This document shows positions 1-11,275 of a DNA stretch of 42,651 nt, piece by piece; position 1 is the first letter of the stretch; every line of letters begins with the position of its first letter. Location: positions 48,543,414-48,586,064 of the forward strand of contig NC_068981.1 of the NCBI RefSeq assembly GCF_001194135.2, read 5' to 3'. The notes beneath the pieces are model-generated. The model was not told where the DNA came from. It saw nothing but the letters and a program-made list of their open reading frames with translations, and did not search any database. Position numbers and translations under genes: made by a program. This DNA is from Octopus bimaculoides. Its lineage: Eukaryota.

Positions 1-2749
1 GGCTATTGACAAGTTTTTGTGTCGCTTGTGACAATCTTCTAAGATCATCTTATTGATGAGTAGCTGATCTTTACAACCATAAGATCCACGTTTACATCCC
101 TTTTGCTCATTAGGGAATATGCTACATTCTATTAAAAGATTATAGGTGTACTCGGTTAGGACAGATGTTAGCGTCTTATACATTGTTGTTAAGCAGGTTA
201 TGGGTCGATAATTTTTTGGTTCGTTTGTTTCCTCATTTTTTGGAAGCAGGAATGTTAAACCATTAACTAGCCAAGAGGGCATCAAACTAGGATTTTGCAA
301 AACATCGTTGTAATGTTTTATCAGCAGTTCATGGCTCTCTGGGAAGGCATCCAGCCAGAAGTTAGGAATTTTATCCTTTCCTGGAGACTTCCATTTGCTT
401 GACCTCCTGAGAGCAGATCTTATATCTTCTACCTTCACCCCCTCCCACTTTTGCTCCTCTAAGGAGTCTAGGTCTGTAGTTATTCTATCAATCCAAGGGG
501 CCTTTTCATTGTGTGTTTTATCTTCTGCCCAGATTTTATTCCAAAATTCTTGCACTTCTTCTTTTGATGGGACAGACTTTATTGTTACTGGTGTTTTACC
601 TATCTTCCTGTAGAAGATGCTTGAACATGTTATTATCTCTGAAGTATCTAACACGCTTTTCATACCTTGCTATGCGGGCAGCTTTAGCACATACCTTTTG
701 CTTGATGGTTTCTATGGTGGTATCAATGTCAACTATGGTTTTCACATGATATTTTTTCTTTAGTTTTTGGTCGTTGTAGGTTTGATACTCTTATAAAAAA
801 AATAAGGTTTTACAAACATTGTATGTCAGATCTAAGTAGTTTAATTTGGTGTTGAATGCGCTCTTGCCAGGAAGGCTGTCGTTTTCTAATCTTTTCACCA
901 CATACAATCGTTGAGATTTTTCTGGATGCATAGTACAGGTGGTTGAAATCTGTAATATCAACATCATTAGCTGAAATTATATCCTGAAGTGCAAGGCGGA
1001 TTTTACCAATTATTTTCAGGTTTTGGTTAGAATTGCGAATTTTGGGGAGAGTGTCGCGTTCATTCATACTGGTTTCTTTAATTTGCAGCCATTCAAACAT
1101 GATTTGATTTTTTAGATCATGTAGTTCTGTTGCGTCGATTTCTGTATGACTTTCTTCATCTATTTGATTTTCACCTGCCTTAGTGTTTATGGTTGGTTCA
1201 GAGAGTATTTCACTTTGCCTATCAGTTACCTTAACTCTTTCAATCATTACCGTATTTTNNNNNNNNNNNNNNNNNNNNNNNNNNNNNNNNNNNNNNNNNN
1301 NNNNNNNNNNNNNNNNNNNNNNNNNNNNNNNNNNNNNNNNNNNNNNNNNNNNNNNNNNNNNNNNNNNNNNNNNNNNNNNNNNNNNNNNNNNNNNNNNNNN
1401 NNNNNNNNNNNNNNNNNNNNNNNNNNNNNNNNNNNNNNNNNNNNNNNNNNNNNNNNNNNNNNNNNNNNNNNNNNNNNNNNNNNNNNNNNNNNNNNNNNNN
1501 NNNNNNNNNNNNNNNNNNNNNNNNNNNNNNNNNNNNNNNNNNNNNNNNNNNNNNNNNNNNNNNNNNNNNNNNNNNNTAGACCATTTTTCATTCTTTTTCG
1601 TTTGGTTATTTGATGACGAGCATGGATGGCCATCTGTTGGAATATTCCGGTTGTGGGGTACTTCCAGCTCCTGTGTGTCGGGAAGATTTGAACCAGTAGC
1701 AGATTTCTCGACTCGGATCTGGTTCATTATCCGAGTAAGTGGTCCTTTATACTCCGGTCGATGACCATTCCGGTTTGTATTTTGTTTTATTAACAGTGAG
1801 GCATAACAAGCTTCGACGTTGACGCTAGGGGACGGATCTGTCTGTTTAGGGTAAACTTTTTGAGACAACACCGTCTCCGAGCTCTCCCGACGTAGCTTGT
1901 TAAGGCTAGCAGATCTATATCGAGTAAGTTTCCCTTTGTGATTCGGTCGACAACCAATCTGGTTTGTGATCTGCTTTGTTATCACTGAGGCATGACGAGC
2001 TTTGGCGTTGACATTAGGGGACGGATTTGTCTGTTTAAGGTCAGTTTTTTGAGACAACACCGTCACAGAGTTCTCAGCACGTAAACATTGCTCGTAGCGT
2101 AGTTTCTTAAGGCTAGCAGACGTATAGCAGATCATCTTTATTTTTTTTGTTGATAGATTTATCTCCGGGCATAGTGTATGTATTTTTTTTTGTGTGTGGC
2201 GTTTTAAACTTATGAATGGTTCACTCTGTCTGTGTTTGTTCACAAAATGAAAATAAATAAAGAAGAAAAAAAAGTTTTGGTTTTGCTTCGTTTGTGATAT
2301 GTGTTTTCGTATGCGTGAGTGTGTCCTGTGATTTTCACGTAGCTGTGTAAACATTAAGACGCATGTGTAGTTCTATGGGTATCAAAACGTATATATCATT
2401 GTGTACACGTTCGAGTGTATGCGTAATTATTCAATATATGTACTTACTATTTTGTTCAATTTCTTTTTTATATAGTTTGTAAACTTTCCGGTGTTGGTTT
2501 TGCGTGTGAACGGACGTGTTTCACTGAGACATCGTGCATAGGAGGAACTGTGGTTTGTATGGCAGTAAAATTTCATTTTTTTAACATAAAAATATTTTTT
2601 AAAAATTATCTTCGTTAAAAGACCGCTTCCTTCAAATCTTCCAGCGGATCTTTTGCCTAATTCCATCGATGTTATTGGATTAGAATTGCTTTTGTATAGG
2701 GAGCCCGCTGTAGCACATCCATGTTGTTATTCAGCCCGGTGATGTTTCC
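1..2749 (-). mobile_element. R4/Dong-group RLE non-LTR retrotransposon, 5' UTR through first half of RT; continues past window start
   Basis: Manual minus-strand translation of ~615 to 1 is stop-free: ...KWKSPGKDKIPNFWL...WLVNGLTFLLPK...PKNYRPITCLTTMYKTLT...EQKGCKRGSYGCKDQLLINKMILEDCHKRHKNLSIA. Track ORF 810-2354 has the Dong-like pre-RT segment PSWQERIQHQIKLLRSDI. Frameshifts lie between ~620 and 810 and there is an N gap at 1259-1576. The 5' part matches the plus-strand copy from 28555. Confidence 0.92.
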
Positions 2750-2835
<86 letters not shown>

Positions 2836-3272
2836 NNNNNNNNNNNNNNNNNNNNNNNNNNNNNNNNNNNNNNNNNNNNNNNNNNNNNNNNNNNNNNNNN
2901 NNNNNNNNNNNNNNNNNNNNNNNNNNNNNNNNNNNNNNNNNNNNNNNNNNNNNNNNNNNNNNNNNNNNNNNNNNNNNNNNNNNNNNNNNNNNNNNNNNNN
3001 NNNNNNNNNNNNNNNNNNNNNNNNNNNNNNNNNNNNNNNNNNNNNNNNNNNNNNNNNNNNNNNNNNNNNNNNNNNNNNNNNNNNNNNNNNNNNNNNNNNN
3101 NNNNNNNNNNNNNNNNNNNNNNNNNNNNNNNNNNNNNNNNNNNNNNNNNNNNNNNNNNNNNNNNNNNNNNNNNNNNNNNNNNNNNNNNNNNNNNNNNNNN
3201 NNNNNNNNNNNNNNNNNNNNNNNNNNNNNNNNNNNNNNNNNNNNNNNNNNNNNNNNNNNNNNTTATTATTAA

Positions 3273-3317
<45 letters not shown>

Positions 3318-3394
3318 AATTATTATTATTATAATTATTATTACTATTATTATTTGTAAGGGTATTTTATTCTTAATATTATTATTAGTGTTGT

Positions 3395-3488
<94 letters not shown>

Positions 3489-3510
3489 GTTTTAGTTGTT
3501 ATTATTATTT
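2750..3510. repeat. (TTA)n/(TTG)n microsatellite block spanning an assembly gap (N 2836-3262)
   Basis: Directly visible trinucleotide repeat abutting the 5' end of the minus-strand Dong-like element. Confidence 0.97.
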
Positions 3511-4127
3511 ATGTTTGTATTACTATTTTGTTTTTACTTAGAAAGTGTCCAGTCTTCTATTCATAATTGAGGAGTTGATGTTTGCTAGGTTATGTGTTAG
3601 ACTATTACCTATTCTCATTATTTTGTTATTGATTATCTCCCAGTATTTGTTTTTTTTTCCATTTCTAAAATGTTTAATACTTCAGTTCGCTGAAAGGATG
3701 GAAGTAAAGTAGGGTACCATGACCTCTTTGCTTTAACAACTGTAAGAAACCATTCTACTTTCTATATTCTACGTTATATATTTTAATAATGACTGGTATT
3801 TATACATATTACATGTGTAAAGCATAATATGTTATACATGGATGTATATTGTTATAATTGTTTTTTTTTAAATAAGTATATAGACATAATATACTGTCAA
3901 AAAGTTGATGGATACCGCCTTTTGATCTTCTCCATTGTCTTATTGCCGTATAAATTAAGGGTAAATCAACTTTTTACCCTCACTCATTTATTACATTCAG
4001 TAATGTAGATGTCATGCGATGGAAAAAACACTTGTGTATTAAAAATTGGGTATTCTACCAGCAGTATATTGGATAGGTATTATCTCTTAGCTGGTTAGAT
4101 ACATTACATCGAACTCTCTTGGAATTA

Positions 4128-4170
<43 letters not shown>

Positions 4171-4225
4171 TATGCACATACATACATATCTATGTACACT
4201 CGCATATGTGTGTATGTGTGTGTAT
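4128..4225. repeat. (AT)n with degenerate (CA)/(GT) microsatellite
   Basis: Visible dinucleotide repeats. Confidence 0.9.
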
Positions 4226-7114
4226 ACACGTATTTATATGCAAATTTGGAAGGAAAATGAGAGAGACACACACATTGTGGCAGAAAGAGGGTGGATATTC
4301 TATGAGCAGTAAACAATGCTGAATGTTTACGTCAAGAACATAGAAAGAGATGCATTAATTCATTACACTCGTGTATTCAGCCAAGTGAATGTAAAGTCTA
4401 ACCTCAAATATATCTCGTTAATTGCCTCTTTAACACTGTATGAATCATTATTGATGTTTATAGTATTGTATACACTTACAATTACCCATTATAAAATCAT
4501 TATCTGTTACCTATGTGGTTAGCGCGAATGTATAATCAAGTTATAAATTAATTACTTTTTCCGTTGATATTGATTGTTATTTTTCGACCATCTCGATAAA
4601 TAAAAATTAGTACAAGACCATCAAGCAATGCCATTTTGAAAAAGCTAAAACAATTGCTAAGAGAATTTAGAAGCATATCTACGGTTAACTGAGACGTTGC
4701 AAATATTAGGAGAAATGAAATCTTTTTCATATTATATATAACTCGTTGATATTGTAATCTGTAAAATTTCACTCTGCTTCATCTTTCTTGGCAGCAATGG
4801 ATGAATTATTAGCCATCGACGTAGATTATACGTTGTCACCGTGCCTCCGAGAAGTATCAATGCAACTTTCTACAAATCAATGAAGAATCCCTTTGTCATA
4901 GTAGATGTTTATGCCAGTAATAGACGAAAGAATTTCGACTGGGATTTTATTGATTGTAGGTGTGCTAGATCAACTATGGTATGGGGGCTGAACAATATTA
5001 ATCTCATTCAAAAAGTCTATTCATCAACATTAATATAGTCGGGTGTATAAAGTAGGCACTACGAAATCGATTCGATTTCTAGAAATAACCATCAAATCAT
5101 TATGAAATTGAAGGCTAGTGTAATATTTGGTTTCTAAAAGAAAGAACGAATTTTTATGTGTAGGATGTTTTTCATAATAGTTCTAGTTTTCCGGGCCTGA
5201 GCACAGATTATGATATGATATATCAATAGCGGTTTATTCAAAAACCTCGTCAAAATTATTCCTTCCAAAATGATATATGTTACATCATTGTACCAAAAAT
5301 AACAAGAACAATCGACACAGAAGGTTAGCAGTGATATTTATATTGTCATTATTGTAATATTTAGTATCTTCTCCATAAAGACTTCTCTCAGTTCAATCAT
5401 GTTTCTACATCCCAGTTACATTAATAATATCATTCAGAATAACGTCACTTTATCAACGTCTCAAGTAAATTCATTAATGCTATATCCTTTATTCTCATCA
5501 TTTTCATGACAATAATAATTGCCACCATAAACATTCATTTCATTCTTCTTTTCTATGATGGCTAACATCACACACTACCACCCTTGTAATTAGTACATCA
5601 AGAACAACATCAATAATAAGATGGAAACATAGCAAATTGTGTCACCCATAGACATAAGAACCTTTCATTCTACATCACGTGATATTTCTAGATTACACCT
5701 GATACAGGCTAGTATTTTAATATTGGGAATAATGTGGACAATCCAAGTACACATGTTATTTTTCTTCACTCCATCAATTCCAGGAAAAATAAGTAATGCC
5801 TCGGAAATCAGTAACATTACAATGCGGACTTTTATAACGTGTTTGAATAGATGAATGGTCTGATGATTTTGCAACTATCGTGAGCCAGCTATTATTATTT
5901 TTATTATTATGATTACTGTTGTTGTTGTTGTTGTTTTTATTACAATAGCGTTTATGTAATGATTTCGTTCTAGTTTATTTCTGTGATGCTTTTCACTATA
6001 AATATTCTATATAATACCGATGCTGTACCTATTAGTCTGTTTTTTTTCTATGCTCTGTGTGTATGAAACATTTCGAAATATATATGTCTAGACCTTATTT
6101 TGTTATCAATCCCAGGTCATCTATGTAATTGAATTCGTTTCTATTTTCAAATTCTCCACATGCTGGCATTCTCTATTTCCAGGATTTTATACATTGACAG
6201 ATTCTCCAATTCATTCTTGTATACAGTGACATCTGTTGGAATTCCTAACATGATTAACAATTGCCAAATAGAACTGTTTGGTCGAAAATGATTATTATAT
6301 TTTATGTATTCATCATCTTTACAATACATGGTTTGAGACTTACGTAATATTTCGGTTTAGAACAAAGTAAGTAAACCGTAGAGAACGTATATAGATATTT
6401 AAATTTTTAATGTAGCTAAAGAGATTGATCACCAACATAAATACGTTCAACAAAGAAATGAGCGCAAAGTTAACATGAATGCTCAACAGATGTACTGGGT
6501 TTGTAAAGGATACCGAATGATAAATGTGGGAATGCTCTAATTGTGTCTTAGGATCATATATTTTTATCTACTGAAATGAGCTTATGTCAAACATTACAGG
6601 TTACTTGTCATTGTGATATTGTAAATACGTGTACACCACTCAATCTGCCTCAACTAAAGATGAGTGACGGATAATTTCTTAACTGCCATATTATTTTTCT
6701 TCAATGAAGATGTTCGTCTAAATAAATAGTCTTTCAACTTGAAAGTTCGTAGATCTATCACAACATTTTATATGCTCTGTTCCATTTTCCTGTATGTGCT
6801 ATGAAGAGATATATTGGGCTTTCCGTGTCCTATATGTCTGCATGCTAAATTCTATGATATATTTACATTCATATTCTCCTTGGAAAGCAAGGTATATATC
6901 AACCCGTGAGATATTTTACTTGAAGATTTCAAGACGACGTTTCAAGCTTGAAGCGTCGCAGGTATGTTGCTTTATTGTGCTTCAAACATATTTTTGAAAA
7001 TTGCTGTGTTAGCCTGACTTGTGACATGTGATATCTAGACATGTTCCACACAAGTGACATGTATAATCAACCCTGTAGAAGACGTACATAATACTTTCAA
7101 TAATCTTCATCATT

Positions 7115-7335
7115 AAGACGATAAGCTGTCAGAAACGTTAGCGCACGAGGTGAAATGCATAACGGTATTTTGTCTGTCTTTACGTTCTGAGTTCAAATTC
7201 TGCCGAGGTCGACAATGCCTTTCATCCTTTCGGAGTCGATAACGTAAGTACCAGTTGCGTACTGGTGTCGATCTAATCGACTCGCCCTCTTCCCTAAACA
7301 TTTCGCGACTTGTGCCTAGAGCAGAAAAGAATATT
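7115..7335 (+). mobile_element. tRNA-derived SINE (family with central GCCTTTCATCCTTTCGG.GTCGATAA motif), copy 1
   Basis: Contains agctgtcagaaacgttagc...ttctgagttcaaattctgccgaggtcgac..tgcctttcatcctttcggagtcgataa...taccagttgcgtactgg. A B-box-like GAGTTCAAATTC is present. Homologous copies at 7354, 32117 and 39749. Confidence 0.88.
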
Positions 7336-7353
7336 TTTTTTTTCTTTTATTAC

Positions 7354-7575
7354 GGTGGCGAGCTGGCAGAAAAAGGTAGATCGCCGGCTGAAATGTCTTT
7401 CGTTATTTCGGCTGTTTTTTACGTTCTGAGTTCAAATTCGCCGAGGTCGACGTTGCCTTTCATCCTTTCAGGATCAATGAATTAATTACTAGTTGCGTAC
7501 TAGGATCGAAATAATCGACTGGCCCCGCCCCGAATATTTCGGGTTTCGGATCTAGAGAGGAAAAGAATATTTTTC
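7354..7575 (+). mobile_element. same SINE family, copy 2 (tandem with copy 1)
   Basis: ggtggcgagctggcaga...ttctgagttcaaattcgccgaggtcgacgttgcctttcatcctttcagg...ctagagaggaaaagaatat aligns with 7115-7335. Confidence 0.88.
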
Positions 7576-7699
7576 ATTTTTCGTATATATNNNNNNNNNN
7601 NNNNNNNNNNNNNNNNNNNNNNNNNNNNNNNNNNNNNNNNNNNNNNNNNNNNNNNNNNNNNNNNNNNNNNNNNNNNNNNNNNNNNNNNNNNNNNNNNNN

Positions 7700-7778
<79 letters not shown>

Positions 7779-7792
7779 GGTGTGTGTGTGCG
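7700..7792. repeat. (GT)n microsatellite next to gap
   Basis: Visible repeat; N run at 7591-7699. Confidence 0.95.
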
Positions 7793-8419
7793 TAGAAAAG
7801 AAAATGTAAATATAGAAAGCGTTTAATAATGCATAATGTTTTATGAAAACAAACCTTTATTTTCAGGTGCATAAACCTATCCTCAGAATGAAGCAAACCA
7901 AAAAATGGCTAGTTACACCGATTTCGGTATTCTATTTCAAATGTTCGGCGTGTGAATTAGCAGCAGTAGTACTAACTCCCCTGCTTCACTTGAACTGCTT
8001 CCTTTTCAGGATGGGCCTTTGCCCCTGAAATATAAAGGATTTTCAAAAACTTCCTGCATTGTTAGAAGCTTTCTATAGAAGCTATCTACTTGTGTACTAC
8101 ATTGCTTCAAGTTAATTACAACGTTTTTATAGGAGTAGGTAGATGGATAAATAAAGAGACACACAGGTAGATAGATAGTTATGCATACACTTATACAAAC
8201 ATCTATACATACATACATCTATCTTAAATATAATAAAACGAAATGTTTCCTGTCATCACACTCCCGATAGAGGGAAAAAATAGTAAAAAAAGAGGAGTGG
8301 GTGACAGAAACTACAGTAGGTAGCATTTAAAGGATTTTCCTCGAGGACGATGTTATTGTAATCAAGATAAAAGTGGAATTATTTTTCGTAAATTTTATTC
8401 AAGTTTTCAGATTTTTTTG

Positions 8420-8438
8420 CTTTCTCTTTTTCTTTCTT

Positions 8439-8501
<63 letters not shown>

Positions 8502-8545
8502 TAAACATATACACACACGTACATACACACACACACACACAAACA
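8420..8545. repeat. compound (CT)n(CA)n microsatellite
   Basis: Visible repeat. Confidence 0.95.
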
Positions 8546-9214
8546 GGCACACATGCACAAAGACACACAGAGACACGTACGCATGTAGTTGCAAATTAAA
8601 CAGTTGTTTTCAAAATATCGTTCACCACGGATATGTAAATAAATGTTATGTGAACGATCATATGTACGTATATATGCTTTTACACTTGTATTAATATCAG
8701 AATAATTTCTACCGTTGTTGTTATATAATAACAACTTTTACCCTTGTAGCTATATGATAATAATCTTTACGCTTGTATTTATATAGATATATGTCTAAGT
8801 TAATCGCCCAGATAATACATGGTTGAATTTATTCACTGCTGCACTGTTCTGACTCGGCACGTTGGTTGAAGACGTTCAATTTGAATTATTGATGTATAAC
8901 GGTGCGTTTCCTTTGTGTTTTCAGCACGTACTATAGTTTTATAATTATACATTTTCCAGCGATTCTACTGACGAGTGACAGATGGTTAAATAATCAATTA
9001 ATAGACTAATTAATTGATTCATTTTACCATCATGGGTATAGAGTTAACTTAGGTCTCTTTCATTCAAGTGTCCTGCTCGCTTACAAGCAATATGCGATGA
9101 GTGAACAATTTTTTGCGTGGTTTGGAATTTGAAGGCCCTTTGTAGCATTAAAGAAGACCATATTATGGTCTTCTATCCGTGAATAAACTGTTATCCACTC
9201 ATATACATATGTTA

Positions 9215-9250
9215 TGCACACACACACACACACAAATGCACACACACAAA

Positions 9251-9312
<62 letters not shown>
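9215..9312. repeat. compound (CA)n(AT)n microsatellite
   Basis: Visible repeat. Confidence 0.93.
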
Positions 9313-10096
9313 AGTATAAATATGTAGGTGAGAGAACGTAAATATAAATACANNNNNNNNNNNNNNNNNNNNNNNNNNNNNNNNNNNNNNNNNNNNNNNN
9401 NNNNNNNNNNNNNNNNNNNNNNNNNNNNNNNNNNNNNNNNNNNNNNNNNNNNNNNNNNNNNNNNNNNNNNNNNNNNNNNNNNNNNNNNNNNNNNNNNNNN
9501 NNNNNNNNNNNNNNNNNNNNNNNNNNNNNNNNNNNNNNNNNNNNNNNNNNNNNNNNNNNNNNNNNNNNNNNNNNNNNNNNNNNNNNNNNNNNNNNNNNNN
9601 NNNNNNNNNNNNNNNNNNNNNNNNNNNNNNNNNNNNNNNNNNNNNNNNNNNNNNNNNNNNNNNNNNNNNNNNNNNNNNNNNNNNNNNNNNNNNNNNNNNN
9701 NNNNNNNATATATATATATATATATTAATAAAATATAGGGTAGCAACGAAAATTTTAGAAATTTTATTTTACCACCAGTGGTCTAGCGAGGGTAAAAAAA
9801 ACAGTCAATAGACTATGTATTATTCATTTAAAATACAGAGATGCATGTAATAGGACATCTAACCCGCTAGAAATAGCAGCAAGACTACATACCACAAAAA
9901 GTAGGGATAATTTCGAAAGGGAATGAAAAATAAAAACATTTACCGATCTATATTCTGTACTATGGTTTCAAGTCAATTTTAGTAAGATAAAAATTATATA
10001 TCTCACAAAACGTCGGACTATACTCAGCAGAATAACCAGACAACATTCGAGATACGAGTCAAATAGCATGGTTCATATTCGAATATCTAATGTTCC

Positions 10097-10308
10097 ATTG
10101 TTAGAAAAGAGGTCGCTGCCTGAAAGCGATAAAAATATTTTGGCAGATTAAATTTAAATGTTAAAGTGAATCTAACGCTTTTTGTGTGTTTCTTAAATAC
10201 CTTATAAACACCTTCCATGCTGTAATTATATATATTCACTTTAACATTTAAATTTAATCTGCCAGAATATTTTTATCGCTTTCAGGCAGCGACCTCTTTT
10301 CTAACAAT
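10097..10308. repeat. 75-bp inverted repeat (1 mismatch) with 62-bp spacer
   Basis: 10097-10171 is the reverse complement of 10234-10308 at 74/75 positions, checked base by base. Confidence 0.95.
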
Positions 10309-10339
10309 ATTCCGTGCTGCATCTGAGCTGTCAGCGAAC

Positions 10340-10520
10340 AGGTCACGGTCTTAAAGCGAGAAGACTATTTTTGCAAATTAAATTTAAATGTTGAAGTAAA
10401 TCCAACGGTTTTGTGTGTTCCTTAAATGGCGAATAAACACCTTCTACGCTGCAATTGTTTTCGTTGCAGCACACGATCTCAGATCAGGTGACTTCCTATG
10501 CAAGTACATCTCTGTATATA
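10340..10520 (+). mobile_element. diverged direct copy of the 10110-10230 sequence; possible Penelope-like terminal repeat (pLTR)
   Basis: aggtcacggtcttaaagcgagaagactatttttgcaaattaaatttaaatgttgaagtaaatcc... aligns with 10110-10226. The sequence ends in an (AT)n tail. The Penelope assignment is recalled or inferred, not shown by a coding motif. Confidence 0.45.
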
Positions 10521-11164
10521 TATATATATAAATTTAAATAATCAGAAACTGGGGAAAACCACTCATCAACAAACAAACTGAACCAGATCAGTAGATTGGT
10601 TTTAATGCAAAACATTCCATATCATTTATTACGAAAGAATTTCGGAAATACTTTCTGTCATCTTCATAGCATATTCGATCTAATACAAAACATAGAGACT
10701 CATCAATATACTGATCCACCAGGCCTCTTCTCGAGGCCCTATTCTTTCTTGTTTCCTCTTCCCATCGTGTATTTTATTTTACGCATTTGTATTCACCCTG
10801 ATGAAGCTCCATGTACTGGATCGTATGTGCTATGAAGATGGCGAATATTATTGTCGAAATTCTTTCATAAGCACCCACTATCACTGGACGAGAAAACCGC
10901 CGTAAACATGTTATGTTATAGAAATTTTATGGCATGTTTTGTATTAAAAAATAATCTACCGATATGCTTCAGTCTCTTTGTTGATCAAAACTTTTCTCAA
11001 TTTTCTGATTATTTAAATTTGATTCCTGTTTCTTCTGTTGTTACTTGTACCCTATGAGAATAGTGCGCTTGGATACCCATGCCCAAGGATAGCAGAAGTT
11101 ATCGATACCGATATTAAATACGGACACCTGTATTCCTTAGTCGGTTACTACAGCCTCTGTGCTT

Positions 11165-11275
<111 letters not shown>

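Noticed and set aside
810-2354. 514-aa ORF as a host gene
   Set aside because: It is the N-terminal region of the Dong-like element. It spans an N gap, and its first ~70 residues read through UTR-like low-complexity sequence.
4500-5880. Protocadherin or other receptor exon
   Set aside because: No LDRE or DxNDNxPxF cadherin motifs, and every frame has many stops.
6147-6329. Possible RT fragment (IWQLLIMLGIP)
   Set aside because: Only one short motif resembles LINE RTs and the flanking motifs are absent.
7867-8028. Candidate exon after ttttcag
   Set aside because: The peptide is unrecognised and no convincing donor site was found.
9153-9176. Short hairpins (agaagaccata-t-tatggtcttct; also near 6937, 16575 and 23324)
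   Set aside because: Stems of 7-11 bp are expected by chance in 42 kb and have no supporting context.
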